A DNA stretch of 64,000 nucleotides, taken from Actinomycetes bacterium (lineage in GTDB: Bacteria > Actinomycetota > CALGFH01). Location: contig DASYUT010000206.1 in the NCBI GenBank assembly GCA_036000965.1, positions 1,193 to 65,192 on the forward strand, read 5' to 3'. The position numbers and the translations under genes are program-made. How positions within the stretch are numbered: position 1 is the stretch's first letter; each line of letters starts with the position of its first letter. Shown here in pieces: positions 20,989 through 30,720 of this stretch. Below the pieces are notes generated by a model. The model ran no database searches and had not been told where the DNA came from. It saw nothing but the letters and a program-made list of their open reading frames with translations.

Positions 20989-22116
20989 GTGACCGACTAC
21001 TACGCGGTGCTCGGCGTCGGCCGCGATGCCACGTCCGACGAGATCAAGCGCGCCTACCGGAAGCTGGCACGCCAGTACCACCCGGACGTCAACGGCGGCG
21101 ACGCCGCCGCCGAGGAGCGCATCAAGGAGGTCAACCGGGCCTACAGCGTGCTCAGCGACCCCGAGAAACGGCAGCGCTACGACGCCTACGGCGAGGCGGG
21201 CATGGACAGCCAGGGGCCGTCCATGGGCGACCCGTTCGGCTTCGGCTTCGGCACCTTCGACGAGGTGGTCCGGGAGTTCTTCGGCGGCGGCGACCCCTTC
21301 GTCGGACGGGGCCGGCGCCGGTCCCGCTCCCGCCGCGGCGAGGACGTGGAGGAGCGGCTCTCGCTGGAGTTCACCGAGGCCGTGTTCGGCGCGTCCAGAG
21401 ACCTCGAGTACGTGGCAGCCATCGGCTGCCCGCGCTGCCACGCCAGCGGCGCCGAGCCGGGCACCGAGCCGACCGTCTGCCGCACCTGCCACGGCAGCGG
21501 CCAGCAGCGCACCGTGCGCCAGTCCCTGCTCGGCCAGCTCGTGACCACGACCACCTGCGGGGCGTGCTCGGGCAGCGGCCAGGAGGTGCTCACCCCGTGC
21601 GCGAAGTGCCGCGGCCAGGGGAGGGTGGCCGACAAGGTCAGCCTCACCATCGAGATCCCGCCGGGGGTCGAGGGCGGCATGCAGATCCGCTACCACGGCC
21701 GCGGGCACGCCGGGGAGTTCGGCGGGCCGCCCGGGGACCTCTACGTCCGGCTCGTGGTCGCGCCCCACAAGGTGTTCGAGCGTGACGGCGACAACCTGCT
21801 CTGCCGCATGCCGGTGCCGATGACCGTAGCCGCCCTGGGCGGCATGGTGACCCTGGTCACCCTCGACGGCGAGGAGATCATCGACGTCGAGCCGGGCACC
21901 CAGCCGGGCACGGTGAAGCGCTTCCGCAGGCGTGGCGTGCCCCACACCGACGGCCGGGGCCGCGGCGACCTGCTCGTGGAGCTGGCCGTGCAGACGCCCG
22001 ACGACCTCTCCGAGGAGGAGCGGCGGCTGCTTCGCCAGCTCGCCGACCTGCGTGGCGAGGCGGTCAACCCCCAGCCGGCCGGCCTCTTCGCCCGCTTCAA
22101 GGGCTCCGGACGCTGA
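20989..22116 (+). CDS. dnaJ: molecular chaperone DnaJ (GTG start)
   Basis: J-domain with HPD ('YHPDVNG'), four CxxCxGxG zinc-finger repeats, conserved hrcA-dnaJ linkage. Confidence 0.92.
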   Translation: MTDYYAVLGVGRDATSDEIKRAYRKLARQYHPDVNGGDAAAEERIKEVNRAYSVLSDPEKRQRYDAYGEAGMDSQGPSMGDPFGFGFGTFDEVVREFFGGGDPFVGRGRRRSRSRRGEDVEERLSLEFTEAVFGASRDLEYVAAIGCPRCHASGAEPGTEPTVCRTCHGSGQQRTVRQSLLGQLVTTTTCGACSGSGQEVLTPCAKCRGQGRVADKVSLTIEIPPGVEGGMQIRYHGRGHAGEFGGPPGDLYVRLVVAPHKVFERDGDNLLCRMPVPMTVAALGGMVTLVTLDGEEIIDVEPGTQPGTVKRFRRRGVPHTDGRGRGDLLVELAVQTPDDLSEEERRLLRQLADLRGEAVNPQPAGLFARFKGSGR

Positions 22117-22282
22117 CCCCGCACCCCTGCTGGCCGGCTGGGGAGCCGGTCGGGTATCCCGACCGGGCTGACTGCGCTTCTGCCGGCACGGAAGACGCGC
22201 AGGTCATGACCACACCTGCTGGTTCGCAAGTCGGACAGTCGCTGATACCCGACCGGCTCCCTGGGGGGAGCCACTCGGACCC

Positions 22283-23014
22283 GTGAGCGCGCCCCAGTTC
22301 TTCGTGGACCCGGCCGACCTGACCGGCGAGGTCGCGGTCGTGCGGGGCGACGAGGCCCGCCACGCGCTCCAGGTGCTGCGCCTGAAGGTGGGGGAGCGGC
22401 TGCTGCTGGGCGACGGTGCCGGGCGGGTCGCCCAGGCCACGGCGGTGGCCGTCGACCGCCGCGAGGTGCGGGCCCGGGTCGAGGCGGTGCGCGTGGTGCC
22501 GCCCAGGCGCCCCGCCCTGACCGTGGTGGCCGCGCTGGTCAAGGGCGGCAGGCTCGACCTCGTGGTGCAGAAGCTGACCGAGCTCGGGGTGGAGCGCATC
22601 GCGCCGGCGGTCTGCCGCCGCTCGGTGGTCGACTGGGACGGGCGCAAGCGCGCGGCCGCCCGCGACCGCTGGGCGGCCATCGCGCTGGCCGCGGCCAAGC
22701 AGTGCCACCGCGACCGGGTGCCGGTGGTCGCGCCCGTGGACGAGCTCGCCGCGCAGCTGGCCGGCTCGCCCGGACCTCGCCTGGTCTGCTGGGAGGAGGG
22801 CGGCCAGCCCCTGTCGGCGGCGCTGCCGGCGACCGCGCCCGACGCGCTCACCCTGGTGGTCGGGCCCGAGGGCGGCCTCGAGGCCGGCGAGGTGGCCGCG
22901 TGCGCGGAGGCCGGCGCCGTGCCGGTCACGCTCGGGCCGCTCGTGCTGCGCGCCGAGACCGCCGCCATCGCGGCGGCGGCGGCGGTCGCGTTCCGCTACG
23001 GCCACCTCGGGTAG
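22283..23014 (+). CDS. rsmE: 16S rRNA (uracil1498-N3)-methyltransferase RsmE
   Basis: Conserved position after dnaJ; PUA-like N-terminus plus SPOUT C-terminal domain pattern; 243 aa. Confidence 0.85.
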   Translation: MSAPQFFVDPADLTGEVAVVRGDEARHALQVLRLKVGERLLLGDGAGRVAQATAVAVDRREVRARVEAVRVVPPRRPALTVVAALVKGGRLDLVVQKLTELGVERIAPAVCRRSVVDWDGRKRAAARDRWAAIALAAAKQCHRDRVPVVAPVDELAAQLAGSPGPRLVCWEEGGQPLSAALPATAPDALTLVVGPEGGLEAGEVAACAEAGAVPVTLGPLVLRAETAAIAAAAAVAFRYGHLG

Positions 23015-23180
23015 TGGGGCGAGGAGAGTCCCCACCTTCGTGTCCCCACCCTTCGTGAAATTTCGTCTCGCGGGGTGATTGAAGGGGTCATTCTGCCGAT
23101 GCTAGAGTCCGCCACACTGGGTGGTCGCCGGCGGCCACCGCTACCGGTCCCCGACGTACCACGAGCCCAGGAGGTGTGGG

Positions 23181-23666
23181 ATGGCCAGCTACGCGGAGCA
23201 GGTGGGGGAGCGGCTCCGCAACATCCGGCTGCAGAAGGGCCTGTCGCTGCACGACGTCGAGGAGCGTTCGTCCAAGGAGTTCAAGGCGAGCGTGCTGGGG
23301 GCCTACGAGCGCGGCGAGCGGAGCATCTCGGTCCCGCGCCTGCAGCGCCTGGCCATGTTCTACGGCGTGCCGGTCGACCACCTGCTGCCCCGCATCTCGG
23401 CGGAGGCGGCCGAGGGCGCAGCGGTCGCCGCCGAGGAGGCCGTCTGCATCGACCTCGAGGCCCTCGAGGCCCGACGGGAGCCGGAGGCGCGTACACTCGG
23501 CCGCTACCTGTCCCTGATCCAGCAGCAGCGGGGTGACTTCAACGGCAAGGTGCTGACGATCCGGCGTGACGACGTCCGGGTGCTTGCCGCTATCCTCGAT
23601 CAGTCCCCGGGGAGCCTGGTGGCGCGACTGTCCGATCTAGGGTTGCGCCGCCCCGCGTTCAACTGA
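23181..23666 (+). CDS. helix-turn-helix (XRE-like) DNA-binding protein
   Basis: 'LRNIRLQKGLSLHDVEERS…' HTH; RBS GGAGGTGTGGG. Confidence 0.6.
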   Translation: MASYAEQVGERLRNIRLQKGLSLHDVEERSSKEFKASVLGAYERGERSISVPRLQRLAMFYGVPVDHLLPRISAEAAEGAAVAAEEAVCIDLEALEARREPEARTLGRYLSLIQQQRGDFNGKVLTIRRDDVRVLAAILDQSPGSLVARLSDLGLRRPAFN

Positions 23667-23711
23667 CGCGCGCGACGTCCGTCGCCGGGGGGTGGACCGT
23701 CGCGCCTGGAG

Positions 23712-24566
23712 GTGCCGGAGGACGTGACGCCTGAAGCGCGAGAGTCCCGGATGGCTGAGGCGGGCGAGGCCCGTCCGCTGGTCCTGCTCGGCTGCTTCGC
23801 CCACCCCGACGACGAGACCTGGGCCCTCGGCGGTTCGTTCGCGCTGCTGGTGCCCAAGGGCGTGCGCTGCGCGGCGTGGACCGCGACCCGGGGCCAGGCC
23901 GGAGAGATCGCGGACGGCTCGGGCGCCACCCGCGAGACGCTGAGCCAGGTCAGGGAGGCCGAGGAGCGGGCGGCGATGACGGTGCTCGGCGTCACCGACG
24001 TCGAGTTCGGCGAGTTCATGGACGGGCAGGTGAGCGACGCCGACCCGGCCGAGCTGGTCGGGGCCGTGCAGCGCGCCCTCGAGCGGGTGCGGCCCGACGT
24101 GGTGGTGACCATGGAGCCGGGCGGGGTGACCGCGCACCCCGACCACGTGGCCGTGTCCGTCGCGGTCCTGGCCGCCTTCGCCGCCTACGCGCAGTCGCCC
24201 GGCGAGCGCGAGCCGCGCCTGTACTACTGGGGGGTGCCGGCGTCGCAGATGGCCCGGTTCCGCGAGGTGGCCGCCGAGCAGGGCGTCGAGCTCCCGGGCG
24301 AGGACGACCCGTTCGGGCCCCGCGGCACCCCAGACGAGCGCTTCACCTGCTGGGTGGACACCTCGCCAGTGGCCGAGCAGGTCTGGCGGGCGCTGGAGGA
24401 GCACCGCACCCAGGCCGACCCGTTCAGGGCGATGATGCGCGCAGGGGAGCTCTGGCGCGAGGTGTTCGCCGCCACCGCCTTCGTCCGTGTCCACCCGGTA
24501 GCCCGGCCCGGCGACCCCCACGAGACCTCGCTGGTCGACGCCTTCGGGGCGGGAGCGGGCCGGTGA
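23712..24566 (+). CDS. PIG-L/LmbE family deacetylase (start may be ATG at 23751)
   Basis: 'LGCFAHPDDE' zinc-binding motif characteristic of LmbE/MshB/PIG-L deacetylases. Confidence 0.7.
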   Translation: MPEDVTPEARESRMAEAGEARPLVLLGCFAHPDDETWALGGSFALLVPKGVRCAAWTATRGQAGEIADGSGATRETLSQVREAEERAAMTVLGVTDVEFGEFMDGQVSDADPAELVGAVQRALERVRPDVVVTMEPGGVTAHPDHVAVSVAVLAAFAAYAQSPGEREPRLYYWGVPASQMARFREVAAEQGVELPGEDDPFGPRGTPDERFTCWVDTSPVAEQVWRALEEHRTQADPFRAMMRAGELWREVFAATAFVRVHPVARPGDPHETSLVDAFGAGAGR

Positions 24567-25867
24567 CCGGGCGCGACCGGGCTCCCCTGGTCCCCGAGAC
24601 CGCGCCCGCGCCCAAGGTCGCCTTCAAGACCCTCGGCTGCCGGCTGAACCAGGCCGAGTCCGAGCGGGCCCTGGAGGCCCTCGGCGCCAAGGGGTTCGAC
24701 CTCGCCCACGCCGGTGAGGAGCCCGACGTGGTGGTCATCAACACCTGCACGGTGACCCGCGAGTCGACCGCGTCCTCGCGCCGGCTGATCCGCAAGACGG
24801 CCGAGGCCCACCCGGGAGCGACGGTCGTGGTGACCGGCTGCTACGCGGTCAGCGACCCCGAGGTCGTGAAGGCCATCCCAGGGGTCGACCTGGTGGTCGA
24901 CAACGAGGGCAAGGACCGTCTCGCCGACCTGGTCACCGCCGTGCCCAGGGTCCGCCGGCTGCCCCTCATGGTCCGCGAGGCGCCGGTCGAGCGGCTGCGG
25001 ACCCGGGTGGCGATCAAGGCCCAGACCGGCTGCGACGAGTGGTGCACGTTCTGCATCATCCCCCGCACCAGGGGGCCGCTGAAGTCCTACCCGGAGGACG
25101 AGATCGTCGCCGACGTGCGCCGCCAGGTCGCCCGGGGCGTCCGGGAGGTCGTGCTCACCGGGGTCCACCTCGGCAAGTACGGCGAGGACCGGGGCGAGCG
25201 GGAGGGGCTGGCCCGGCTCGTCGACCGCCTCACCGCGATCGAGGGGCTCGTCCGCCTGCGCCTGTCCAGCGTGCTGCCCGTGCAGGTCACCCCGGCCCTG
25301 GTCGGGCGGGTCCGCGACGACCCCAAGGTCTGCCGCCACCTGCACGTGCCGCTGCAGGCCGGCGACGACGAGGTGCTCGAGCGGATGCACCGCCCCTACC
25401 GGGTGGCCGAGTTCCTCGACCGGGTCGAGCACGCCAAGGCGGAGATCCCCGGGCTCGGCCTGTCCACCGACGTGATCGTCGGCTTCCCGGGCGAGACCCG
25501 GGAGCAGTTCGCGGCCACCCTGCGGGTCACCGAGCGGGTCGGCTTCTCCAAGCTGCACGTGTTCCGCTACTCCCAGCGGCCCGACACGCCGGCCGCCACC
25601 ATGCCCGAGCAGGTGCCCGAGGGCGAGAAGAAGGCGCGCGCCCGCGAGCTGATCGCCCTCGGCAACGAGCTGCGCCGCCGCTTCCACGAGGCGCATGTCG
25701 GGCGGTCGCTCTCGGTGCTGGTGGAGACGGCCGGCGACGGCCTGGCCGAGGGGACCAGCGACAACTACATCAAGGTCCGCTTCCCGGGTGGCCCCGACCT
25801 GGTCGACCGGGTCGTCACCGTGCGCGGCGCCCGGGCCGACAACGAAGGCATGGAGGCGACGCCATGA
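24563..25867 (+). CDS. radical SAM methylthiotransferase, MiaB/MtaB-like tRNA-modifying enzyme (GTG start overlapping the upstream stop)
   Basis: MTTase N-domain 'KVAFKTLGCRLNQAESE', radical SAM 'CDEWCTFCIIP', C-terminal TRAM-like region. Confidence 0.8.
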   Translation: MTGRDRAPLVPETAPAPKVAFKTLGCRLNQAESERALEALGAKGFDLAHAGEEPDVVVINTCTVTRESTASSRRLIRKTAEAHPGATVVVTGCYAVSDPEVVKAIPGVDLVVDNEGKDRLADLVTAVPRVRRLPLMVREAPVERLRTRVAIKAQTGCDEWCTFCIIPRTRGPLKSYPEDEIVADVRRQVARGVREVVLTGVHLGKYGEDRGEREGLARLVDRLTAIEGLVRLRLSSVLPVQVTPALVGRVRDDPKVCRHLHVPLQAGDDEVLERMHRPYRVAEFLDRVEHAKAEIPGLGLSTDVIVGFPGETREQFAATLRVTERVGFSKLHVFRYSQRPDTPAATMPEQVPEGEKKARARELIALGNELRRRFHEAHVGRSLSVLVETAGDGLAEGTSDNYIKVRFPGGPDLVDRVVTVRGARADNEGMEATP

Positions 25868-25913
25868 GCACGGCGGGCGCAGCTTGGGCCGTGCCTGGGA
25901 GGAGGGTGCGCCA

Positions 25914-26258
25914 GTGAGCGGCGACGACTTGTTCTGCAGGATCGCCCGCAAGGAGATCCCGGCCGACGTCGTGCTCGAGACCGACGACGTGCTGGCCTTC
26001 CGGGACGTCAACCCGCAGGCGCCCAGCCACGTGCTGGTGATCCCCAAGGAGCACCTGGCCAGCCTCGAGGAGGTCGCCGAGGGTCACGGCGGGCTGCTCG
26101 CCGCCCTGGTCGGCGCGGTCAACGAGGTGGCCAGGAAGGAGGGCGTGGCCGGCGGGTTCCGGGTCGTGACCAACATCGGGCGGACCGCCGGCCAGTCGGT
26201 CGACCATCTCCACCTCCACGTGCTCGGCGGCCGCAACATGGGCTGGCCGCCAGGATGA
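25914..26258 (+). CDS. histidine triad (HIT) nucleotide-binding protein
   Basis: 'DHLHLHVLGG' HxHxHxx motif; 'LFCRIARKEIPA'. Confidence 0.85.
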   Translation: MSGDDLFCRIARKEIPADVVLETDDVLAFRDVNPQAPSHVLVIPKEHLASLEEVAEGHGGLLAALVGAVNEVARKEGVAGGFRVVTNIGRTAGQSVDHLHLHVLGGRNMGWPPG

Positions 26259-28342
26259 GCCGGCACGGCTCCCCGGGCCCGCACGGCTCCCCCGGCCCGC
26301 ACGGCTCGTGGAAGTCCCCGATCTCGGGCGACCTGCTCGCCGGGGGCGGCATCTCCCTCGACGCGCTGCAGCCGGACGGGGAGGCGCTGTTGTGGATCGA
26401 GGGCCGGCCGCTGGAAGGCGGCCGGAACGTGGTCTGCCGGGCCGAGCCCGGCGCCGACCCGGTCGACCTCACCCCGCCCGGGGACGAGTTCGACGTGCGC
26501 ACCCGGGTCAACGAGTACGGCGGCGGCGCCTACGCCGTCCACGCCGGCACCCTGTTCTTCTCCAACTACGCCGACCAGCGGCTGTGGCGCCAGGACCCGG
26601 GCGAGCCGCCCCAGCCGATCACGCCGGAGCCCGACCGGCCGGCCGCGCTGCGCTACGCCGACGCCCGGGTCACCCCCGACGGCGCGCTGCTGGTCTGTGT
26701 CCGGGAGTCCCACCACGAGGCCGGGCGGGTCGTCAACGAGCTGGTCGCCGTGCCTGCCGACGGGTCCGGGGCGCCCTGGGTGCTGGCCGGCGGGCGTGAC
26801 TTCTACGCGTCCCCGCGCCTCTCCCCGGACGCGAGCCGGCTCGCCTGGCTCGAATGGGACCACCCGCGCATGCCCTGGGACGGGACCGAGCTGAAGGTGG
26901 CGGACTTCTCGGGCGGCGTGGTGGTCGGCGAGCCGAGGCTCGTCGCCGGCGGCCCTTCCGAGTCGATCTTCCAGCCCGAGTGGAGCCCGGGCGGCGCCCT
27001 GCACTTCGTGAGCGACCGCACCGGCTGGTGGAACCTGTACCGGGAGCGGGACCCCTCGCGCTCCTCAGGCGATGAGGCCGCCGGCGGCGAGCACGGGCCC
27101 TCGCGCGCCTCAGGCGAGCACGGGGCCTCGCGCGCCTCAGGCGATCTGGCCTCGCGCGCCTCGGGCGAGTCTGTCGAGGCCCTGGCCCCGATGGAGGCGG
27201 AGTTCGGGGCGCCCCAGTGGGTGTTCGGCCTGGCCACCTACGCGTTCCTGCCCGGCGGCCGGATCGCCTGCCTGTACGGGCGCGGCCCGGTCCAGCACCT
27301 CGGTCTGCTCGAGCCCGGGTCGGACCGCCCCACCCCGGTCGACCTCCCCTTCACCTGCTTCTACCCGCCGCAGCTGCTGGCACTCGGCGACCGCGTGGCC
27401 TGCATCGCGGGCAGCTCGACGCTGTCCCCCGCGGTGGTGGTGGTCGACCCTGCGACCGGGGAGGTCGAGACCCTGCGCCGGGCCCGCGACCTCGACCTGG
27501 ACCCCGGCTACCTGTCGGTCGCGCGCCTGGTCGAGTTCCCGACCGAGGGCGGTCGCACCGCCCACGCCCTGTACTACCCGCCCGCCAACCCCGACGCCCG
27601 GGGTCCCGACGGCGAGCGGCCGCCGCTGGTGGTAATGAGCCACGGCGGCCCCACCGCGGGCGTGGTCGGCCTGCTCAAGCTCGGCGTCCAGTTCTTCACC
27701 AGCCGCGGCGTCGCCGTGGTCGACGTCGACTACGGCGGCAGCAGCGGGTACGGCCGGGCCTACCGGGAGCGCCTGAAGGGCCGGTGGGGCGTGGTCGACG
27801 TCGACGACTGCGTCAACGCCGCCCGCCACCTGGTCGAGGCCGGCGAGGTCGACGGCGCGCGGCTGGCGATCACCGGGGGGAGCGCCGGCGGCTACACCGC
27901 CCTCTGCGCGCTCGCCTTCCGCGACGCGTTCGCCGCCGGCTCGAGCTGGTTCGGCGTCGCCGACCTGGAGACGTTCGCCAGCGACACCCACAACTTCGAG
28001 TCGCGCTACCTCGACCAGCTCGTGGGCCCGTGGCCCGAGTGGGCCGACCTCTACCACGAGCGCTCCCCGGCCCACTTCGCCGGCCGGATCGACTGCCCGG
28101 TCCTGCTCATCCAGGGTCTCGAGGACGAGGTCGTGCCGCCCTCCCAGGCCGAGGCGATGGTCCGGGCGCTGGCCGCGCGCGGCATCCCCCACGCCTACCT
28201 GACCTTCGAGGGCGAGCAGCACGGTTTCCGCAAGGCCGAGAACATCAAGCGCGCGTTCGAGGCGGAACTGTGGTTCTACGGCCGCGTCTTCGGGTTCGAG
28301 CCGGCCGACCCGATCGAGCCGGTGCCGATCCAGCACCTGTGA
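26255..28342 (+). CDS. S9 family peptidase (prolyl oligopeptidase / acylaminoacyl-peptidase type: beta-propeller + alpha/beta-hydrolase)
   Basis: Nucleophile elbow 'GGSAGGYTA', C-terminal 'GLEDEVVPPSQAE…EGEQHGF' catalytic Asp/His region; ATGA start/stop overlap with the HIT gene. Confidence 0.85.
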   Translation: MSRHGSPGPHGSPGPHGSWKSPISGDLLAGGGISLDALQPDGEALLWIEGRPLEGGRNVVCRAEPGADPVDLTPPGDEFDVRTRVNEYGGGAYAVHAGTLFFSNYADQRLWRQDPGEPPQPITPEPDRPAALRYADARVTPDGALLVCVRESHHEAGRVVNELVAVPADGSGAPWVLAGGRDFYASPRLSPDASRLAWLEWDHPRMPWDGTELKVADFSGGVVVGEPRLVAGGPSESIFQPEWSPGGALHFVSDRTGWWNLYRERDPSRSSGDEAAGGEHGPSRASGEHGASRASGDLASRASGESVEALAPMEAEFGAPQWVFGLATYAFLPGGRIACLYGRGPVQHLGLLEPGSDRPTPVDLPFTCFYPPQLLALGDRVACIAGSSTLSPAVVVVDPATGEVETLRRARDLDLDPGYLSVARLVEFPTEGGRTAHALYYPPANPDARGPDGERPPLVVMSHGGPTAGVVGLLKLGVQFFTSRGVAVVDVDYGGSSGYGRAYRERLKGRWGVVDVDDCVNAARHLVEAGEVDGARLAITGGSAGGYTALCALAFRDAFAAGSSWFGVADLETFASDTHNFESRYLDQLVGPWPEWADLYHERSPAHFAGRIDCPVLLIQGLEDEVVPPSQAEAMVRALAARGIPHAYLTFEGEQHGFRKAENIKRAFEAELWFYGRVFGFEPADPIEPVPIQHL

Positions 28343-28485
28343 CCCCCGGCGCCCGGCACCTGTGACCCCGCCCAGCACCCGTCACCCCCGCCCAGCACCT
28401 GCGACCCCGCCCAGCACCTGCGACCCCGCCCGGCACCTGCGACCCCGCCCAGCACCTGCGACCCCACCCAGCACCTGCGACCCCG
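28331..28485. repeat. ~19-bp tandem repeat ×8 (CAGCACCTGYGACCCCGCC) that begins with, and reiterates, the last codons plus stop of the S9 peptidase gene
   Basis: Eight consecutive near-identical units beginning at the CAGCACCTGTGA stop region. Confidence 0.9.
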
Positions 28486-28580
28486 GCGCCGCCGCCCGGT
28501 GAACTACAGATATACTCGCAAAACGTCGATCGAAGGACCGGCGCCATTCGCGTCCCCTACAGGAGGGGCTACCAGCAAGC

Positions 28581-30623
28581 GTGCAGCAACAGACGCAGGT
28601 CAAGGTACTGGTCCCAGGCAACCATCCCATGGTCAGCCTCCTCGGCACCCGGGACGAGCTGCTCAAGCTGATCGAGGCGGGGTTCGAGAGCACGGTGTTC
28701 GTCCGCGGCAACGAGATCACGATCACCGGGGAGCAGGCCGACGCCGAGCGGGTCGCCCGCCTGTTCGAGGAGATGATCAACCTCCTCGAACAAGGCAACG
28801 CCCTCACCGCCGAGACCGTCGGCCGGTCCATCGACATGCTCCGGGGCGACGAGGCGGTGCGGCCCTCGGACGTGTTCGGCGACGCCGTGCTCACCGTGCG
28901 GGGCCGCTCGATCAAGCCCAAGACGGTCGGGCAGAAGAAGTACGTCGACGCCATCCGCCGCAACACGGTCGTGTTCGGCATCGGCCCGGCCGGCACCGGC
29001 AAGACCTACCTGGCCATGGCCGTGGCCGTCCAGGCCCTGCTCACCAAGCAGGTCAACCGCCTGATCCTGACCCGGCCGGCGGTCGAGGCGGGCGAGAAGC
29101 TGGGCTTTCTGCCCGGGACCCTGTCGGAGAAGATCGACCCGTACCTGCGGCCCCTCTACGATGCCCTGTACGAGATGGTCGACGCCGAGCAGATCGGACG
29201 GCTGATGGAGCGGGGCACCATCGAGGTCGCCCCCCTCGGCTACATGCGGGGCCGCGCGCAGCCGTACGACAGCCAGGTCCTGACACCGTGGGGATTCCGT
29301 CCCATCGGAAGTCTCGAGGTCGGGGACCTCGTGATCGGATCGAACGGCCTCCCCACGCCGGTGCTCGGCGTGTACCCGCAGGGCCGCAAGGAGGTCTTCC
29401 GCATCCAGACGCAGGACGGTGCGTCGACGCTCTGCTGCGGCGAGCACCTCTGGTCGGTCACGACGCCCGAAGATCGGAGACGCGGGCGGCCCCATCGGGT
29501 CATCGAAACGCGGGAGATGATCGGCCGCCTCAGGAGGGCGCACGCTCACCGATTCGAGCTGCCGCGGGTCTCGCACGCAGTCGAGTTCGAGTCCCGGAAC
29601 GTCCCGATGGACCCCTACGCGCTCGGGCTCCTCCTAGGCGACGGATGCCTGACGACGTCGACGACGCCTTCGTTCGCGACCATCGATTCGGAGCTGGCCC
29701 TCGCCCTGGAGCTGGCCCTCGACGGCATCGAGCTGCGCCGGAAGGGGGAGGTCGACTACGTGCTCCGCCACACGGCCGGACACCGCGGGGGAGTGATCGT
29801 CTCGAATCCCGTGACGGTCGTGCTTCGGGGCCTCGGCCCTGCCGGCACGCGTTCGAACACGAAGTTCGTCCCGGAGCTCTACCTGTACAACTCCTCCGAG
29901 GTTCGCCTGGCCGTGCTCCAGGGCCTGCTGGACACCGACGGAGGACCCGTGACCCAGCGCGGACGAACCTGCCGCATCCAGTACGGGACGTCCTCGGAGC
30001 GATTGCGGGACGATGTCGTGTTCCTCGTGCGGTCCCTGGGAGGCGTCGCGTACCGGAGGACCCGCGACGCCGCCGGGCGTCCTCCCGGACGCGCCCGGGG
30101 GCGGGACGTTCACCACCGCTCGGATGTGTTCGTCCTCGATATCCGTCTGCCCGAGGGCATCGAGCCCTTCCGGCTGACTCGGAAGCGGGAGGTCTACCGG
30201 GTGTCCGGAGGCGGCCGTCCAATGCGCTTCATCCACAGCATCGAGCCCGCAGGCGAGGAGGAGACGCTCTGCATCCGGGTCGCGGCGGCCGATTCGCTGT
30301 ACGTGACGGACGACTTCCTGGTCACCCACAACACCCTCAACGACTCCTTCATCGTCCTCGACGAGGCCCAGAACACCACCCCGGAGCAGATGAAGATGTT
30401 CCTGACCCGGCTCGGGTTCAACTCCAAGGCCGTCGTCACCGGCGACATCACCCAGATCGACCTGCCGTCCGGCCAGCACTCGGGCCTGAACGTGGTACGC
30501 GAGATCCTCACCGGGATCGACGGCCTCGCCTTCATGTACCTGTCGAGCCGGGACGTGGTCCGCCACCGGATCGTGCAGGACATCGTGGAGGCCTACCGCC
30601 GCTCTGACGAGGCGAGGGCGTAG
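28581..30623 (+). CDS. phoH: PhoH-family ATPase interrupted in-frame by a 359-aa intein (precursor 680 aa; spliced product 321 aa)
   Basis: Walker A '[13 protein letters not shown]'; conserved '[10 protein letters not shown]' is separated from the Walker-B continuation '[16 protein letters not shown]' by a 359-aa insertion; the rest of PhoH is collinear; conserved phoH-ybeY-corC operon. Confidence 0.9.
   Translation: MQQQTQVKVLVPGNHPMVSLLGTRDELLKLIEAGFESTVFVRGNEITITGEQADAERVARLFEEMINLLEQGNALTAETVGRSIDMLRGDEAVRPSDVFGDAVLTVRGRSIKPKTVGQKKYVDAIRRNTVVFGIGPAGTGKTYLAMAVAVQALLTKQVNRLILTRPAVEAGEKLGFLPGTLSEKIDPYLRPLYDALYEMVDAEQIGRLMERGTIEVAPLGYMRGRAQPYDSQVLTPWGFRPIGSLEVGDLVIGSNGLPTPVLGVYPQGRKEVFRIQTQDGASTLCCGEHLWSVTTPEDRRRGRPHRVIETREMIGRLRRAHAHRFELPRVSHAVEFESRNVPMDPYALGLLLGDGCLTTSTTPSFATIDSELALALELALDGIELRRKGEVDYVLRHTAGHRGGVIVSNPVTVVLRGLGPAGTRSNTKFVPELYLYNSSEVRLAVLQGLLDTDGGPVTQRGRTCRIQYGTSSERLRDDVVFLVRSLGGVAYRRTRDAAGRPPGRARGRDVHHRSDVFVLDIRLPEGIEPFRLTRKREVYRVSGGGRPMRFIHSIEPAGEEETLCIRVAAADSLYVTDDFLVTHNTLNDSFIVLDEAQNTTPEQMKMFLTRLGFNSKAVVTGDITQIDLPSGQHSGLNVVREILTGIDGLAFMYLSSRDVVRHRIVQDIVEAYRRSDEARA
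29256..30332 (+). mobile_element. intein (Hint domain + LAGLIDADG homing endonuclease) with class-3 WCT-type features, inserted between R225 and T of PhoH
   Basis: Block A '[26 protein letters not shown]' (Ala1); block B 'TLCCGEHLW' (His B10, Trp B12); LAGLIDADG blocks '[12 protein letters not shown]' and '[13 protein letters not shown]'; block F '[17 protein letters not shown]' (Cys at F4); block G 'FLVTHN' followed by +1 Thr. Confidence 0.8.
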
Positions 30624-30720
30624 ATGGCCGGGATCGAGCCTCCGCATCGCCGGGCCCGGGCCGGCCGCCGACGAGCACGGCGGGCGCATCGGCAGCGGTG
30701 TTCGGGATGAGGGTGCGCCG

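Noticed and set aside
23876-25867. 663-aa ORF suggesting a fusion of the deacetylase region with the methylthiotransferase
   Set aside because: The N-terminal half is an out-of-frame read-through across the PIG-L gene. The MTTase begins at the GTG at 24563, overlapping the upstream stop.
28331-28485. Possible CRISPR array, given the regularly spaced repeats
   Set aside because: Units are contiguous (19 bp) with no unique spacers and are derived from the adjacent gene terminus. This is tandem-repeat structure, not repeat-spacer.
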